A stretch of DNA of 64,000 bases from a virus, in IMG/VR virus record IMGVR_UViG_3300026488_000010. The stretch is one strand, 5' to 3'. Within the stretch, counting starts at the first letter, position 1, and each line of letters starts with the position of its first letter. The notes beneath the pieces were generated by a model. The model searched no databases. It saw nothing but the letters and a program-made list of their open reading frames with translations, and was not told the DNA's origin. Positions 1 through 9,262 of the stretch are shown piece after piece. The position numbers were made by a program, and so were the translations under genes.

Positions 1-1208
1 CCTGTTTCTAATAAATTAAGATCTGATGCAACAGTTGCAATTGAGGATGTATTTGCAGATATTGCACTATTAGCGTCACCAATACCACTCTCTAACGATG
101 TTGTACTTGTAGAAGCAGCTGCTTCTAATGTATCAATATTACCCTTTGCTGTATCTAATTCAGTTCTTAATGCTGAAATTAAATCAGTGTGGCCAGTTGT
201 TGCCCCAGACACTACTTGTTTTAAAGCTGGAACATCTTGTTGTTCTAAAATAAATACTCTTTGGCGAACTCCAGAGTTATCATCAGTTCCTAAATCATTT
301 GAAATTCTATTTATATCTTCGGTGAATTTTTGAATTTTTGTCTCAATGATTGGAAGCTTAGGTTCCAATGTGTCTAATCTATCATCACTCAGTGCTATTT
401 CAAAATCTAAGTCTTGACGAAGAACTGCAATATCATGTAGCATACCTGAATCAGATACTGTACCAATTATTGGGATAATACCGTCAAAACCTCCACCACC
501 AAAAATACGGTTGGTATTTAAAGTTATTTCTTGAATTAACCCAGAAGATTCATTTCCAATAGTATTCTCAATTGCTGTTATTCTAGGAGGTAGTTCTGCA
601 ACAGTTCCTTGCAGAACGGTTAATGTATTTTGAAATCCTGAACTCACAGCAGCTAGATCAGTAATCCAATCTATATAACTATTAACTTGTTGCACAAGTC
701 CTGAGTTATCATCACCCACAACTGTATATAATGTTTGAACTTTTTTAGTTAAACCATAAGTTGCTGCATCGTCACCCACCGTTGCTCGGAGACTTGTTAC
801 TTCAGGTACAACACCAACAATAGTATTGTTGTTTATATCAATACCACCATCTAATTTAATAGTGAATGCTGCAATTGATTCTCTAGTTTCAGTTACTGCT
901 TCATCTGTTAATGTTACTATTTTTGCAAGTATTCCTGACTCAAGTCCTTGAACCTCATCAGATATTAACTGCATTGATTGTGATACTAAAGCATCTAAAT
1001 CAAAGGTTGCTTGCGCTAATCCACCATCTTGTAATGATTTAATATCATCAACAATATTTGCAAGATTCTGCGACATCACTTCATGATATTTATAATATTG
1101 ATAACCTAGTAATTGTATATTTAAATATTGTACTTGTTCTTTAACTGGTACAATTATATCACCAGTGGTCTGTGTGTTAACAATATATGATTCGTTTGTT
1201 AAAGCCAT
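1..1208 (-). CDS. Fibre-like/coiled-coil virion protein, runs off the left edge (partial, absent from ORF track)
   Basis: ATG at 1208 with an upstream AAGGAG RBS. My translation (MALTNESYIVNTQTTGDIIVP...) stays open to the window edge. Heptad-rich T/A/S/G composition; neighbours baseplate genes. Confidence 0.6.
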   Translation of the reverse strand, partial: MALTNESYIVNTQTTGDIIVPVKEQVQYLNIQLLGYQYYKYHEVMSQNLANIVDDIKSLQDGGLAQATFDLDALVSQSMQLISDEVQGLESGILAKIVTLTDEAVTETRESIAAFTIKLDGGIDINNNTIVGVVPEVTSLRATVGDDAATYGLTKKVQTLYTVVGDDNSGLVQQVNSYIDWITDLAAVSSGFQNTLTVLQGTVAELPPRITAIENTIGNESSGLIQEITLNTNRIFGGGGFDGIIPIIGTVSDSGMLHDIAVLRQDLDFEIALSDDRLDTLEPKLPIIETKIQKFTEDINRISNDLGTDDNSGVRQRVFILEQQDVPALKQVVSGATTGHTDLISALRTELDTAKGNIDTLEAAASTSTTSLESGIGDANSAISANTSSIATVASDLNLLET

Positions 1209-1209
1209 T

Positions 1210-2370
1210 TTAACTCCTTAGTCTATTAATTTCTTCATCTATCCATCTTAGTACTTGTACTCTAGTTACTGATGGAAATTCATTATCTAGAAAGTTTTGT
1301 ATGAGATTTGCAATTAAATTATCTGATCCTTCAAATAATTCTTGCTTTAAAATATTGAAATAACCTTCAATTATATTCTGCATATCTATTGCTATGAATT
1401 CATCTTTAAATTTTTGGAAAGATGTATTTATAGCATTTTGCATTAGTGTATTATAATTAGATGTCATATAATTTTGAACTTGTTCAATAATTAACCCATC
1501 ATAGTTTAAATCAAATATTTCATCTCGCAATTCATTAAATTTATTAATCACCATTTCATCAATTTGAATCGCAATTAAATCATCTTTAAATCTGTCAAAC
1601 ATCTCTTGAATTTTATCAGGAGTTAATGCTCTTAAAATTAGATATTTCAATTCTATTTCTTTATCGATTAATATTTTAATTTCATTAATTGAAAACACTT
1701 GTTCAATATCTTTACTATCATTATCTAATAGTACCTGAACTGCAGCGATATCATCATCACATAAAAAATCTATATATGGTTTCAATCTATGTAAAATACT
1801 CAACATTTCATCATATGTTAAAATGTGAATCATATCTTTTGGTGAATCTAATATTAATTCTGCTTTTTGAAATGATATGAATCTATGAATCTGCATTAGC
1901 TCCCATAAATAATCATCAGTGTAATTGGTAACTGTTTTATTATCAACTATCAATTCTGGATTCTCATGAATAACTTTTATAATTGAATCTAATAATCCAT
2001 TGCGCTCCAAATCAATAATATCTGGAACTTGCATTCTATATAAATAATTTTTTAATAAAAGTTGTTGTATTTCGTTCATTAAAATATAATCATATATTTT
2101 AGTCTTATCGTTTAATAATCTTTGATATTTGTAATCACTAATATATTCCATTTCCAGAGCTTGTTTAAAAAATATCTGAAATTCATAATCCGTAAAAATA
2201 TTTAACAAATCTGCTGGATTATCTATACCAGCTTTAACATGCTCTTGATTTAGAATGATATATTCACGGTCATATTTGATACGCTCATCAATTATTAAAT
2301 TAATGGAATTCTGATTATAAAATGTTACAGTATCTCTTAACTGAAAATCTAGTTCGTGTCTATATGCCAT
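1210..2370 (-). CDS. Hypothetical virion structural protein (baseplate region)
   Basis: 386-aa ORF with AAGGA RBS, helical and acidic, between the baseplate wedge gene and the fibre gene. Confidence 0.5.
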   Translation of the reverse strand: MAYRHELDFQLRDTVTFYNQNSINLIIDERIKYDREYIILNQEHVKAGIDNPADLLNIFTDYEFQIFFKQALEMEYISDYKYQRLLNDKTKIYDYILMNEIQQLLLKNYLYRMQVPDIIDLERNGLLDSIIKVIHENPELIVDNKTVTNYTDDYLWELMQIHRFISFQKAELILDSPKDMIHILTYDEMLSILHRLKPYIDFLCDDDIAAVQVLLDNDSKDIEQVFSINEIKILIDKEIELKYLILRALTPDKIQEMFDRFKDDLIAIQIDEMVINKFNELRDEIFDLNYDGLIIEQVQNYMTSNYNTLMQNAINTSFQKFKDEFIAIDMQNIIEGYFNILKQELFEGSDNLIANLIQNFLDNEFPSVTRVQVLRWIDEEINRLRS

Positions 2371-2390
2371 TAGTCATTCCTTATCTTATT

Positions 2391-4748
2391 TTATTTTATT
2401 TTGATTTCTAATGTGATTGAGTTATAATCGAAGAAGAAATATGGTGGTACGAAGTTTACAATATCTATAAGATTGATAGATGAACCTAACTCTTTATCCA
2501 TTTTATCATAAATAACTGTGGCATTGTGGGTACTAAAAACTTTAGGACTTAATACATCAATATTTTTAACCATTGAATAGTCAATAGATATTTCTTTTTC
2601 TAAAATTGTTTCATAAAACTCTGTCTCAAACCCTTCAGCTTTTCTCAACGTTTTATAAATGGTGCTTTTCAGATCAAATTCCAATTCTTCAACTGTTTCA
2701 TAATCTGATAATTGGTATTGATGTTTATCAACAATTATATCAATTATAATTTGATTTCTAGTTGTGAGTAGATCCCCATTTGCATTCTGATCAATAATAA
2801 AATCTTTGTATAATGGATCAATAAAAATAGTATTATAAAAAGATTGCGTAATTCCAATATTGAATGCAACATTTTTTACATCTTCTTGTACTCTAAAGAA
2901 CTTATCTAATTTTGTAAATAGTCTCGAAATATTTGAAAGTTTAAGATAATTAATATCTAAAAATGGTAAATGCAATATGTGTCTAATTTCATTAGTTGTA
3001 TCCAATCTATCAAGTTCCGTATAATAGAAATGATCTTGTTTAAATACTAATTGGTTATATGAACCGACTGAAAAATATGTTAGGATAGGTAATTCATTAT
3101 GTAATATTTCAACAGTAAAGTTATTAATATCTTCTTCTAATAAACAATACTCATCTAAAAAACGTTGATTGATAACTGCTTTGAACTGATTATGAATGTT
3201 TAATTCAACGTCAAATAAATTATTTGAGATTCTATAAGTGTATAATGTGTTATAATTCAATAATTCAATACGAGTTTTTCTTTCAAAATAATCATATGTT
3301 ATGTATAACCCAATCGCGTTTTTTAGTTTTAATAATCTATCAACATTTGGCGATGTTTTTAATTCTATTTTTATATCAGGTTTAACCATATATGCTGAAT
3401 AGTGATTGAACTTCTTTTTAAAATAAAAAGGAGATATTAAATCCTCACCATGATAATTTATAGTTGGCATAAATAGTTCTTTTTGAAAATCAGTCTCTTT
3501 CATATTAAAAGTACATGTTGGTACAATTTTTTGATTTTTATCTCTAATGATATTATAAATAAAAAGATGATTCTGAGAGTTAAAGAATTTTGCATCTATA
3601 AATGGTTTACCTGAATCAAGGTTATACATTACTTCAAAATCTGAAATAGTTGTAATTGAATCTCTTGTACTATTCTTTGCAATCATCTCTGATTTTATGA
3701 CTTCGATATCTTCAATATCTTGACCAAGTTCACCACCTGTTAATGATAATACTTTTAAATTTGTTTTAGAATCTGTAGTGTATCCACCTTCATCTTCAGA
3801 GATCACTAAAATATCTTCTAAGTTAAATTCTGCAGATGCAACATTTCCTTGTTCGCCTTTTGTTAATTTGGTCTCAACGATAATTTGATCACCTGGTTCA
3901 AGTTTACGACCATTGATGCCATCACCAATTGTAAATATTAATTGATTTTCTGAAATTTTTAAATATAAGTTATCTTCGAACTGACTTGCATTGAATTTAT
4001 TATATTTTATATTCATCGATTTTAAATCGATATATGAATTAATGTTATTAGTTGATAAACTATGTAGTTTGCTGATCTGTATGGGTTCTTTTAAATGAGC
4101 TTCTCTACGGATCCAGGCATTGATTTGAAATATATCATCAATTGATGGAATATCAATACTAAATGTAAAATTTTCTCCAATATTGTAGTCTGGAATATTG
4201 ACAGTTCTAAAAGCTCTTTTATATTGTCTTAGTCCAGTGTACTCCACTAGATACATATTCAATGTATCATTTAAAGGATTTTTTACTTTAGTAACTTCTA
4301 GATCATTAATCTCTGTATCCGAATATCGTTTTGCGGTAACAACTGTATTATTAACATAAATTTTGATATCTTCTTCTAATGTGTATTCAAAACCGTTCGC
4401 GTCGGCAAAATCTGTCTGTCTACCAATATCATAAGTTAATACTTCTGATTCTCTTAATCTAAATTCTGGAATCAAGAATGATATTTGCATATATGCTGGT
4501 GTTCCGAATGTGATATTGTAATTTAATATTGATGAATGAAATAGTAACGAACTAAATTCTGTTGCTGTTGCTGGATTCATTTCTCTGAGAAGTTTATTAT
4601 AATAAATAGCATTATCATATTTTATATTTGCAAAAATATTTACAAGTGTTCCTAATGCTCCAGTCTTGAGTAATGCTGGATTAGAAACCTTCAAATGCTC
4701 TCTGAAAATCTCTTCATAATCTGTTAATGTATCAGTAATACTTTTCAT
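2391..4748 (-). CDS. Baseplate wedge subunit (T4 gp6 / baseplate J-like)
   Basis: 785 aa. N-terminal LREMNPATAT..SLLFHSSILNY...GTPA; mid-region FTIGDGINGRKL and LTKGEQGNV; GGELGQDIEDIE...RDSITTISDF are typical of gp6/J-like proteins. Confidence 0.75.
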   Translation of the reverse strand: MKSITDTLTDYEEIFREHLKVSNPALLKTGALGTLVNIFANIKYDNAIYYNKLLREMNPATATEFSSLLFHSSILNYNITFGTPAYMQISFLIPEFRLRESEVLTYDIGRQTDFADANGFEYTLEEDIKIYVNNTVVTAKRYSDTEINDLEVTKVKNPLNDTLNMYLVEYTGLRQYKRAFRTVNIPDYNIGENFTFSIDIPSIDDIFQINAWIRREAHLKEPIQISKLHSLSTNNINSYIDLKSMNIKYNKFNASQFEDNLYLKISENQLIFTIGDGINGRKLEPGDQIIVETKLTKGEQGNVASAEFNLEDILVISEDEGGYTTDSKTNLKVLSLTGGELGQDIEDIEVIKSEMIAKNSTRDSITTISDFEVMYNLDSGKPFIDAKFFNSQNHLFIYNIIRDKNQKIVPTCTFNMKETDFQKELFMPTINYHGEDLISPFYFKKKFNHYSAYMVKPDIKIELKTSPNVDRLLKLKNAIGLYITYDYFERKTRIELLNYNTLYTYRISNNLFDVELNIHNQFKAVINQRFLDEYCLLEEDINNFTVEILHNELPILTYFSVGSYNQLVFKQDHFYYTELDRLDTTNEIRHILHLPFLDINYLKLSNISRLFTKLDKFFRVQEDVKNVAFNIGITQSFYNTIFIDPLYKDFIIDQNANGDLLTTRNQIIIDIIVDKHQYQLSDYETVEELEFDLKSTIYKTLRKAEGFETEFYETILEKEISIDYSMVKNIDVLSPKVFSTHNATVIYDKMDKELGSSINLIDIVNFVPPYFFFDYNSITLEIKIK

Positions 4749-4768
4749 GAATCTCCTTTATTTTTTAT

Positions 4769-4780
4769 TTAGTATTTGTT
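4769..4780 (-). promoter_or_regulatory. Late-promoter-like motif (AACA-aatact-AA variant)
   Basis: Member of the recurrent AACA-N6-(T)A motif, 21 nt before the baseplate start codon. Confidence 0.5.
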
Positions 4781-4790
4781 CCGACAAGAA

Positions 4791-4822
4791 ATTTCCCTAA
4801 GGCTTATAAGCCTTAGGGAAAT
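4791..4822 (-). terminator. Perfect 32-bp palindrome, probable terminator of the 4.8-9.2 kb operon
   Basis: atttccctaaggctta|taagccttagggaaat, directly after the holin-like stop codon. Confidence 0.6.
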
Positions 4823-4834
4823 GTTTATATATCG

Positions 4835-5167
4835 TTATTTTCCTCGAATTGCGGCGATAGTTCCACCACCAAAATAAAAGGATGTGACAGCTAGCATAAC
4901 TAACCCAACGTTAAACGCTGTAGCTATAGTTATTAGCTCTTTTATACTAATACCGTAATATTGATATACCAACGATAAAATAATTGCAAATATGTATGTT
5001 ATTATGATGATTAGCGCCATTAGTCTTTGTGCAATTTTAAATGATGTGTACTCTTCAAATAGTGATACAATCATTTCTTCTTTTTTTTCATCTGATATTT
5101 TCAATTCCTGAATAACTTTAAGTTGTTCAGTCATATATTTTTTTGTACCAAATATTTTATTAAACAT
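4835..5167 (-). CDS. Holin-like membrane protein (3TM/GTA-holin-like)
   Basis: 110 aa with hydrophobic helices, SFKIAQRLMAL motif and C-terminal FYFGGG...IRGK, resembling the 'holin of 3TMs' family. Confidence 0.5.
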   Translation of the reverse strand: MFNKIFGTKKYMTEQLKVIQELKISDEKKEEMIVSLFEEYTSFKIAQRLMALIIIITYIFAIILSLVYQYYGISIKELITIATAFNVGLVMLAVTSFYFGGGTIAAIRGK

Positions 5168-5178
5168 TATAATCCTTT

Positions 5179-6375
5179 TTAAAATAGATAATCTAATCTA
5201 AAGTATATTTTATGGGCATATGTATTAACATCTTTTACGGAGTTACCACCTTTCAATTTTTGATAATCAAATATTGAATATTTATAATTTATAGATGCTT
5301 TAATCTTTGGAGTAATAGTGATACCAGTATAAACCTTATATGATGATCCTAAATCTCCCCATGAATATTCATTAGTTGATATTTCATCTGTTACTAATGA
5401 TACCCAGTACTTCGAGGCATAAAAGAATTCAGTACCAATAAATAATTCGTTATTTATTATATCTATATCCTTTTTTGCTCCCAATAATAATGAGTGTCCT
5501 AATCTATCATCTTCTTTTGAAATTTTAACACCTGGTGCAGATACCTCATGTCCTGATGTTAATCTTGTACCATCAAATTTTGTCTGACTCAATGCAAATA
5601 TACCATAGAATAAGTTTCCTGAATATTCACGATTATCATATACATATCCAACACCAATGTTATCCAATGTTCCTAATTCTGCATGCTCTACTGATGACAA
5701 ACTTTCAACTGTATCGTAAATTATCTTTGCATGTGATGCATTAAATCTTACAGTGTGTTTATCATAAGTTTTTGATGCAAATAAAAACGATATATCCGAA
5801 CCTTCTTGTGAGTGCTCATATCGATTAGTTGGTACCAACTCTAGCCTTGTATGTGACGCATATCCTACTTGTATTTTATAATCATTAATATATTTTGTAT
5901 AAAATATACCTGGCATGTTTATATAATATAAAGTCATTAATCCTTCTGATTGTCTTAGACCCGATTTGGTATATTCTGAAAATGCACCTTTCTTAAAAGA
6001 TAATATACCAATTGTTGCGATATCATTTTCTGTTAATTTATAATTAATAGTTGCTTCCGAAACCTCAACAAAATGTTGCTCAAGGACGGGTGCATTATAT
6101 GTTCTCGAGTATCTATCAGTAATAGCAGTAAATGCTACTGCTGATGTCATATAAAAATTATCCATATAATAATCATTATATGATGTTAGATGTATATTAT
6201 ATCCTGAACCTTCTAAGTCTTGTTCACTGTTAGTTTTATAGCAAAATTTGTTTCCAGTTGCGGAACCAGTTACAAATTCAAAATAATTTGTATTTTTATA
6301 ATCATTAGCAAAACTAATTGACGATAGAAATGTTAAGTTTGCCAAGGTTATAAAAACTAAAAATAATTTTTTCAT
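5179..6375 (-). CDS. Outer-membrane beta-barrel protein/porin (DUF3373-like)
   Basis: Signal peptide (MKKLFLVFITLANLTFLSSISFA), alternating amphipathic strands, and C-terminal beta-signal YFRLDYLF ending in Phe. Confidence 0.7.
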   Translation of the reverse strand: MKKLFLVFITLANLTFLSSISFANDYKNTNYFEFVTGSATGNKFCYKTNSEQDLEGSGYNIHLTSYNDYYMDNFYMTSAVAFTAITDRYSRTYNAPVLEQHFVEVSEATINYKLTENDIATIGILSFKKGAFSEYTKSGLRQSEGLMTLYYINMPGIFYTKYINDYKIQVGYASHTRLELVPTNRYEHSQEGSDISFLFASKTYDKHTVRFNASHAKIIYDTVESLSSVEHAELGTLDNIGVGYVYDNREYSGNLFYGIFALSQTKFDGTRLTSGHEVSAPGVKISKEDDRLGHSLLLGAKKDIDIINNELFIGTEFFYASKYWVSLVTDEISTNEYSWGDLGSSYKVYTGITITPKIKASINYKYSIFDYQKLKGGNSVKDVNTYAHKIYFRLDYLF

Positions 6376-6695
6376 TTTTTAACTCCTATCCCTCTTGTTA
6401 ATTTGTCAATGTTAAATCCTTTGCTGATTAAACATTGACCTACAATTTTTTTATCATATATTGAAATATCTTTTATATATAATGATAACTGATCATTATT
6501 TATTGTTCGCTTCCAACCTCGTATCGATCTAATTGACGGATCAATATCATATTTCTTCATCATCTTATCACATCTATTTGCAACAGCGTAATAAGATTCA
6601 ATTCTTCCATCAGCATATGAATCAGCATTTAATGTTATTGATGTCATTGATAATGTGAATATTATATTAGCGATTATAAAAAATAATTTCTTCAT
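6372..6695 (-). CDS. Small exported/periplasmic protein with two cysteines
   Basis: 107 aa; signal peptide ending LNA-D; 4-bp overlap with the porin gene. Confidence 0.6.
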   Translation of the reverse strand: MKKLFFIIANIIFTLSMTSITLNADSYADGRIESYYAVANRCDKMMKKYDIDPSIRSIRGWKRTINNDQLSLYIKDISIYDKKIVGQCLISKGFNIDKLTRGIGVKK

Positions 6696-6722
6696 TTGTG
6701 CCTCTCCTACTCCTAATTTTTC

Positions 6723-8054
6723 CTATTTTTTTATTGCTCTCTCAGCTGGTATAATAATTTCAAATACAGTACCATTTGATGAAGTTTCTCTTAATTGTAA
6801 ATCACCATTGTTTTCACGTAATAATTCTTTATTTAGATATAAGCCTACTCCACGAGCATTTTTATTTTGTTCATTTTTTGATTTAAAATTAAATGTCTTT
6901 TTAATCATTAATATTCTATCATTTAACCAACCTTGTGAATCCTGAACAAACGACTCACCCATATCATTCTTAGATGTATAATATTCTCTAAAAATATCGT
7001 TGTATTTAGATGGCTCTAATGCTAACCCTGTATCTGGGTCGCGCAATCCTGTTCCATTATCAACAATAAATATGTGTAAATTTTCAGATATATCATTATA
7101 TTTACATTGAATATTAATTCTAGTCGCAGATGCTTCTAATGAGTTTCGACAATGATTTGAAACAACATTTAATAAATCGCCATTTTTTAAATTATTTAAT
7201 CCATGTTTAAGTTTGAAGTTTTTAAAAGAATTATCAATATCAATTTTAAAATTTGAGGCTTTATATATAGACATTGAATTTGCACTATAACTAATAATAT
7301 CCATTATTGTTTTATTGCCATTACTATATTTAAGATTCTTAAAATTACTCATACGCTGCAACACTGTATCTATCTGTTCAATACTTGAATATATTAATCC
7401 AAAATCAAAATAATAATAATTTGAACATTTTTCACATGGTATAACTTGTTCTTCCATTAATATTTCTAATTGTTTTATATTTCCTTGAATGATTGCAACA
7501 GGTGTATTTAATTCATGGTGTATGTTTTCAGTCAGTATTTGCATATTCTTTTCTCTTAGCGAATTTGATGTGCTCATCATATCCAACATCTTGCGTTTAC
7601 GCTCTTTGAAATCTATCATTATATATGCTAATGTAAACACTATTAAAAATAGGCCTATAATTCGCACATAACCCATCAATACTTCGCTGATCAACTCAGA
7701 GGTGTCTAAGACTGCGAATATATTATACTCTACTTCATACGCGACGATATTAAAGTCATCTGTTATAAATTCAGCTGGTACAATATAATCTGATCGTTTT
7801 AATATGCCATCTTGTAACACATATCGTGAATCATTAATTATACCAATTTCAGTACAAGAAACTACAGCACATAAGTGCTGTAAATCCAATTCATTATATT
7901 CTTCAATTGTTTTAGTAATCGTTTTACTTGCATTTTCTTGATGAATTTTGTTGATCGTGTAAAAGTTTTTATATAATACGAAACATATTAAACATATATA
8001 AAAGATAGTAAGAGTAAGATATTTTAGAATTGATCGTTTATTTAGATCACTCAT
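6723..8054 (-). CDS. Membrane sensor histidine kinase
   Basis: Two TM segments; H-box ENIHHELNTPVAIIQG; N-box NHCRNSLEA; G1 IVDNGTG; F-box IFREYYTSK; G2 RGVGLYLNKELL; terminal GTVFEIIIP. Confidence 0.9.
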   Translation of the reverse strand: MSDLNKRSILKYLTLTIFYICLICFVLYKNFYTINKIHQENASKTITKTIEEYNELDLQHLCAVVSCTEIGIINDSRYVLQDGILKRSDYIVPAEFITDDFNIVAYEVEYNIFAVLDTSELISEVLMGYVRIIGLFLIVFTLAYIMIDFKERKRKMLDMMSTSNSLREKNMQILTENIHHELNTPVAIIQGNIKQLEILMEEQVIPCEKCSNYYYFDFGLIYSSIEQIDTVLQRMSNFKNLKYSNGNKTIMDIISYSANSMSIYKASNFKIDIDNSFKNFKLKHGLNNLKNGDLLNVVSNHCRNSLEASATRINIQCKYNDISENLHIFIVDNGTGLRDPDTGLALEPSKYNDIFREYYTSKNDMGESFVQDSQGWLNDRILMIKKTFNFKSKNEQNKNARGVGLYLNKELLRENNGDLQLRETSSNGTVFEIIIPAERAIKK

Positions 8055-8710
8055 AATAAATCTTTGTCCATAAATTCTTGAATAGTTGAACCTAATGCTT
8101 CAACTCTATTACCATTTTTATTTATCACATGTTTATATACATGTTGTTCTTCACCCTTGTGTATCAATAGTTTTGTTTCATCTATTTTTACATCGAAAAA
8201 ACTTTCAAACTTTTTAATAAATTTAAATATTTCAGGATTATGTCGATTCAAGGTATGTCCGGTTACGAATCTGATTACACAATCAGGATTATATTTCTTT
8301 AAAATTATAGCAATATCAACTCCATCATATTCAACGCCTTCGATAACACCACCAAGTGTTATATCAAGTAATGCTATATCAATTTTTATATCTTCATTTT
8401 CTAAAAATTGTTTTACAGTAAACCCTGCAAATGATCCAGTACTCAATATAATATTAAATGTTTTATCTATGTCACAACATTGAACGCGTTTTAATTCATC
8501 TTTAATCAGTAAAGCCATTCCTTCAAAATCATCCATGATTAGAATGTTTTTTTTGCTTGGATCATATGTTAATTTAGTAACTTCTGGAATAACAGTTTTA
8601 TAATCAACTTCCCCTAAATCAATAGGTGAATCATATGTCATTGCAGGATTACATAACTCTTTTGTTGTAAATAAACATTTAAATTTTCCAAATATTTTTT
8701 TAAAATTCAT
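8051..8710 (-). CDS. Response regulator receiver protein with no obvious output domain
   Basis: ILIMDD acidic pocket, IALLDITL phospho-acceptor Asp, FVTGH Thr; overlaps the kinase start by 4 bp. Confidence 0.8.
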   Translation of the reverse strand: MNFKKIFGKFKCLFTTKELCNPAMTYDSPIDLGEVDYKTVIPEVTKLTYDPSKKNILIMDDFEGMALLIKDELKRVQCCDIDKTFNIILSTGSFAGFTVKQFLENEDIKIDIALLDITLGGVIEGVEYDGVDIAIILKKYNPDCVIRFVTGHTLNRHNPEIFKFIKKFESFFDVKIDETKLLIHKGEEQHVYKHVINKNGNRVEALGSTIQEFMDKDLL

Positions 8711-9174
8711 TATTTTCCCTTTAAACTTTTTTGCACAGATTCTAATACTGATCCAGTATCTTTTGAGATCGCAGAATACGCTTCTTTATCAATCTCATAT
8801 ATACCAAACATGATAGTTATAATAAATAACCATACTCCCAATATTCTAACAGTATTCTTCCATGTCATAGCATTATATAATTTAGTGCTCCAGGTACTAT
8901 GCTTCTTATTCTCAATTATCATTTTATTAATTGTTTCTGTTTTGATTTGTAATGCTTTATCAAGCATCTGAACAAACTGTTTTTTATTATGTTTATTCGT
9001 CATTTGAAATTCATTATATATCAGTACTAACAATTCATATGTGCTTTCGTCATGTTCTTTTACTTTAATGAAATAGCTCATTAAATCTTGTTGTTCAAAA
9101 TTTGAATTTGTATAATTAAGTATTTCTTGACGTAGCTCAATTAACATTTGTTTCATTCTAATATAGTCTTCCAT
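8710..9174 (-). CDS. Hypothetical membrane protein (N-terminal helical domain, C-terminal TM helix)
   Basis: 154 aa, TM ILGVWLFIITIMFGIYEI, AAGGAG RBS; first gene of the operon. Confidence 0.6.
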   Translation of the reverse strand: MEDYIRMKQMLIELRQEILNYTNSNFEQQDLMSYFIKVKEHDESTYELLVLIYNEFQMTNKHNKKQFVQMLDKALQIKTETINKMIIENKKHSTWSTKLYNAMTWKNTVRILGVWLFIITIMFGIYEIDKEAYSAISKDTGSVLESVQKSLKGK

Positions 9175-9186
9175 GAATCTCCTTTA

Positions 9187-9198
9187 TAATATTTTGTT
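9187..9198 (-). promoter_or_regulatory. Late-promoter-like motif AACA-aaatat-TA
   Basis: Exact AACA-N6-TA, 13 nt upstream of the ATG at 9174. Confidence 0.55.
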
Positions 9199-9262
9199 TT
9201 AAATTGTATATTATATGGATTATAATATACAATTTAAAACAAGATGCATCTTGTTTTAAATT
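9194..9262. terminator. Two overlapping inverted repeats (22-bp stem hairpin and 32-bp perfect palindrome)
   Basis: 9194-9215 pairs perfectly with 9221-9242 (5-nt loop). 9231-9262, aatttaaaacaagatg|catcttgttttaaatt, is a perfect palindrome sharing 9231-9242. Confidence 0.65.
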
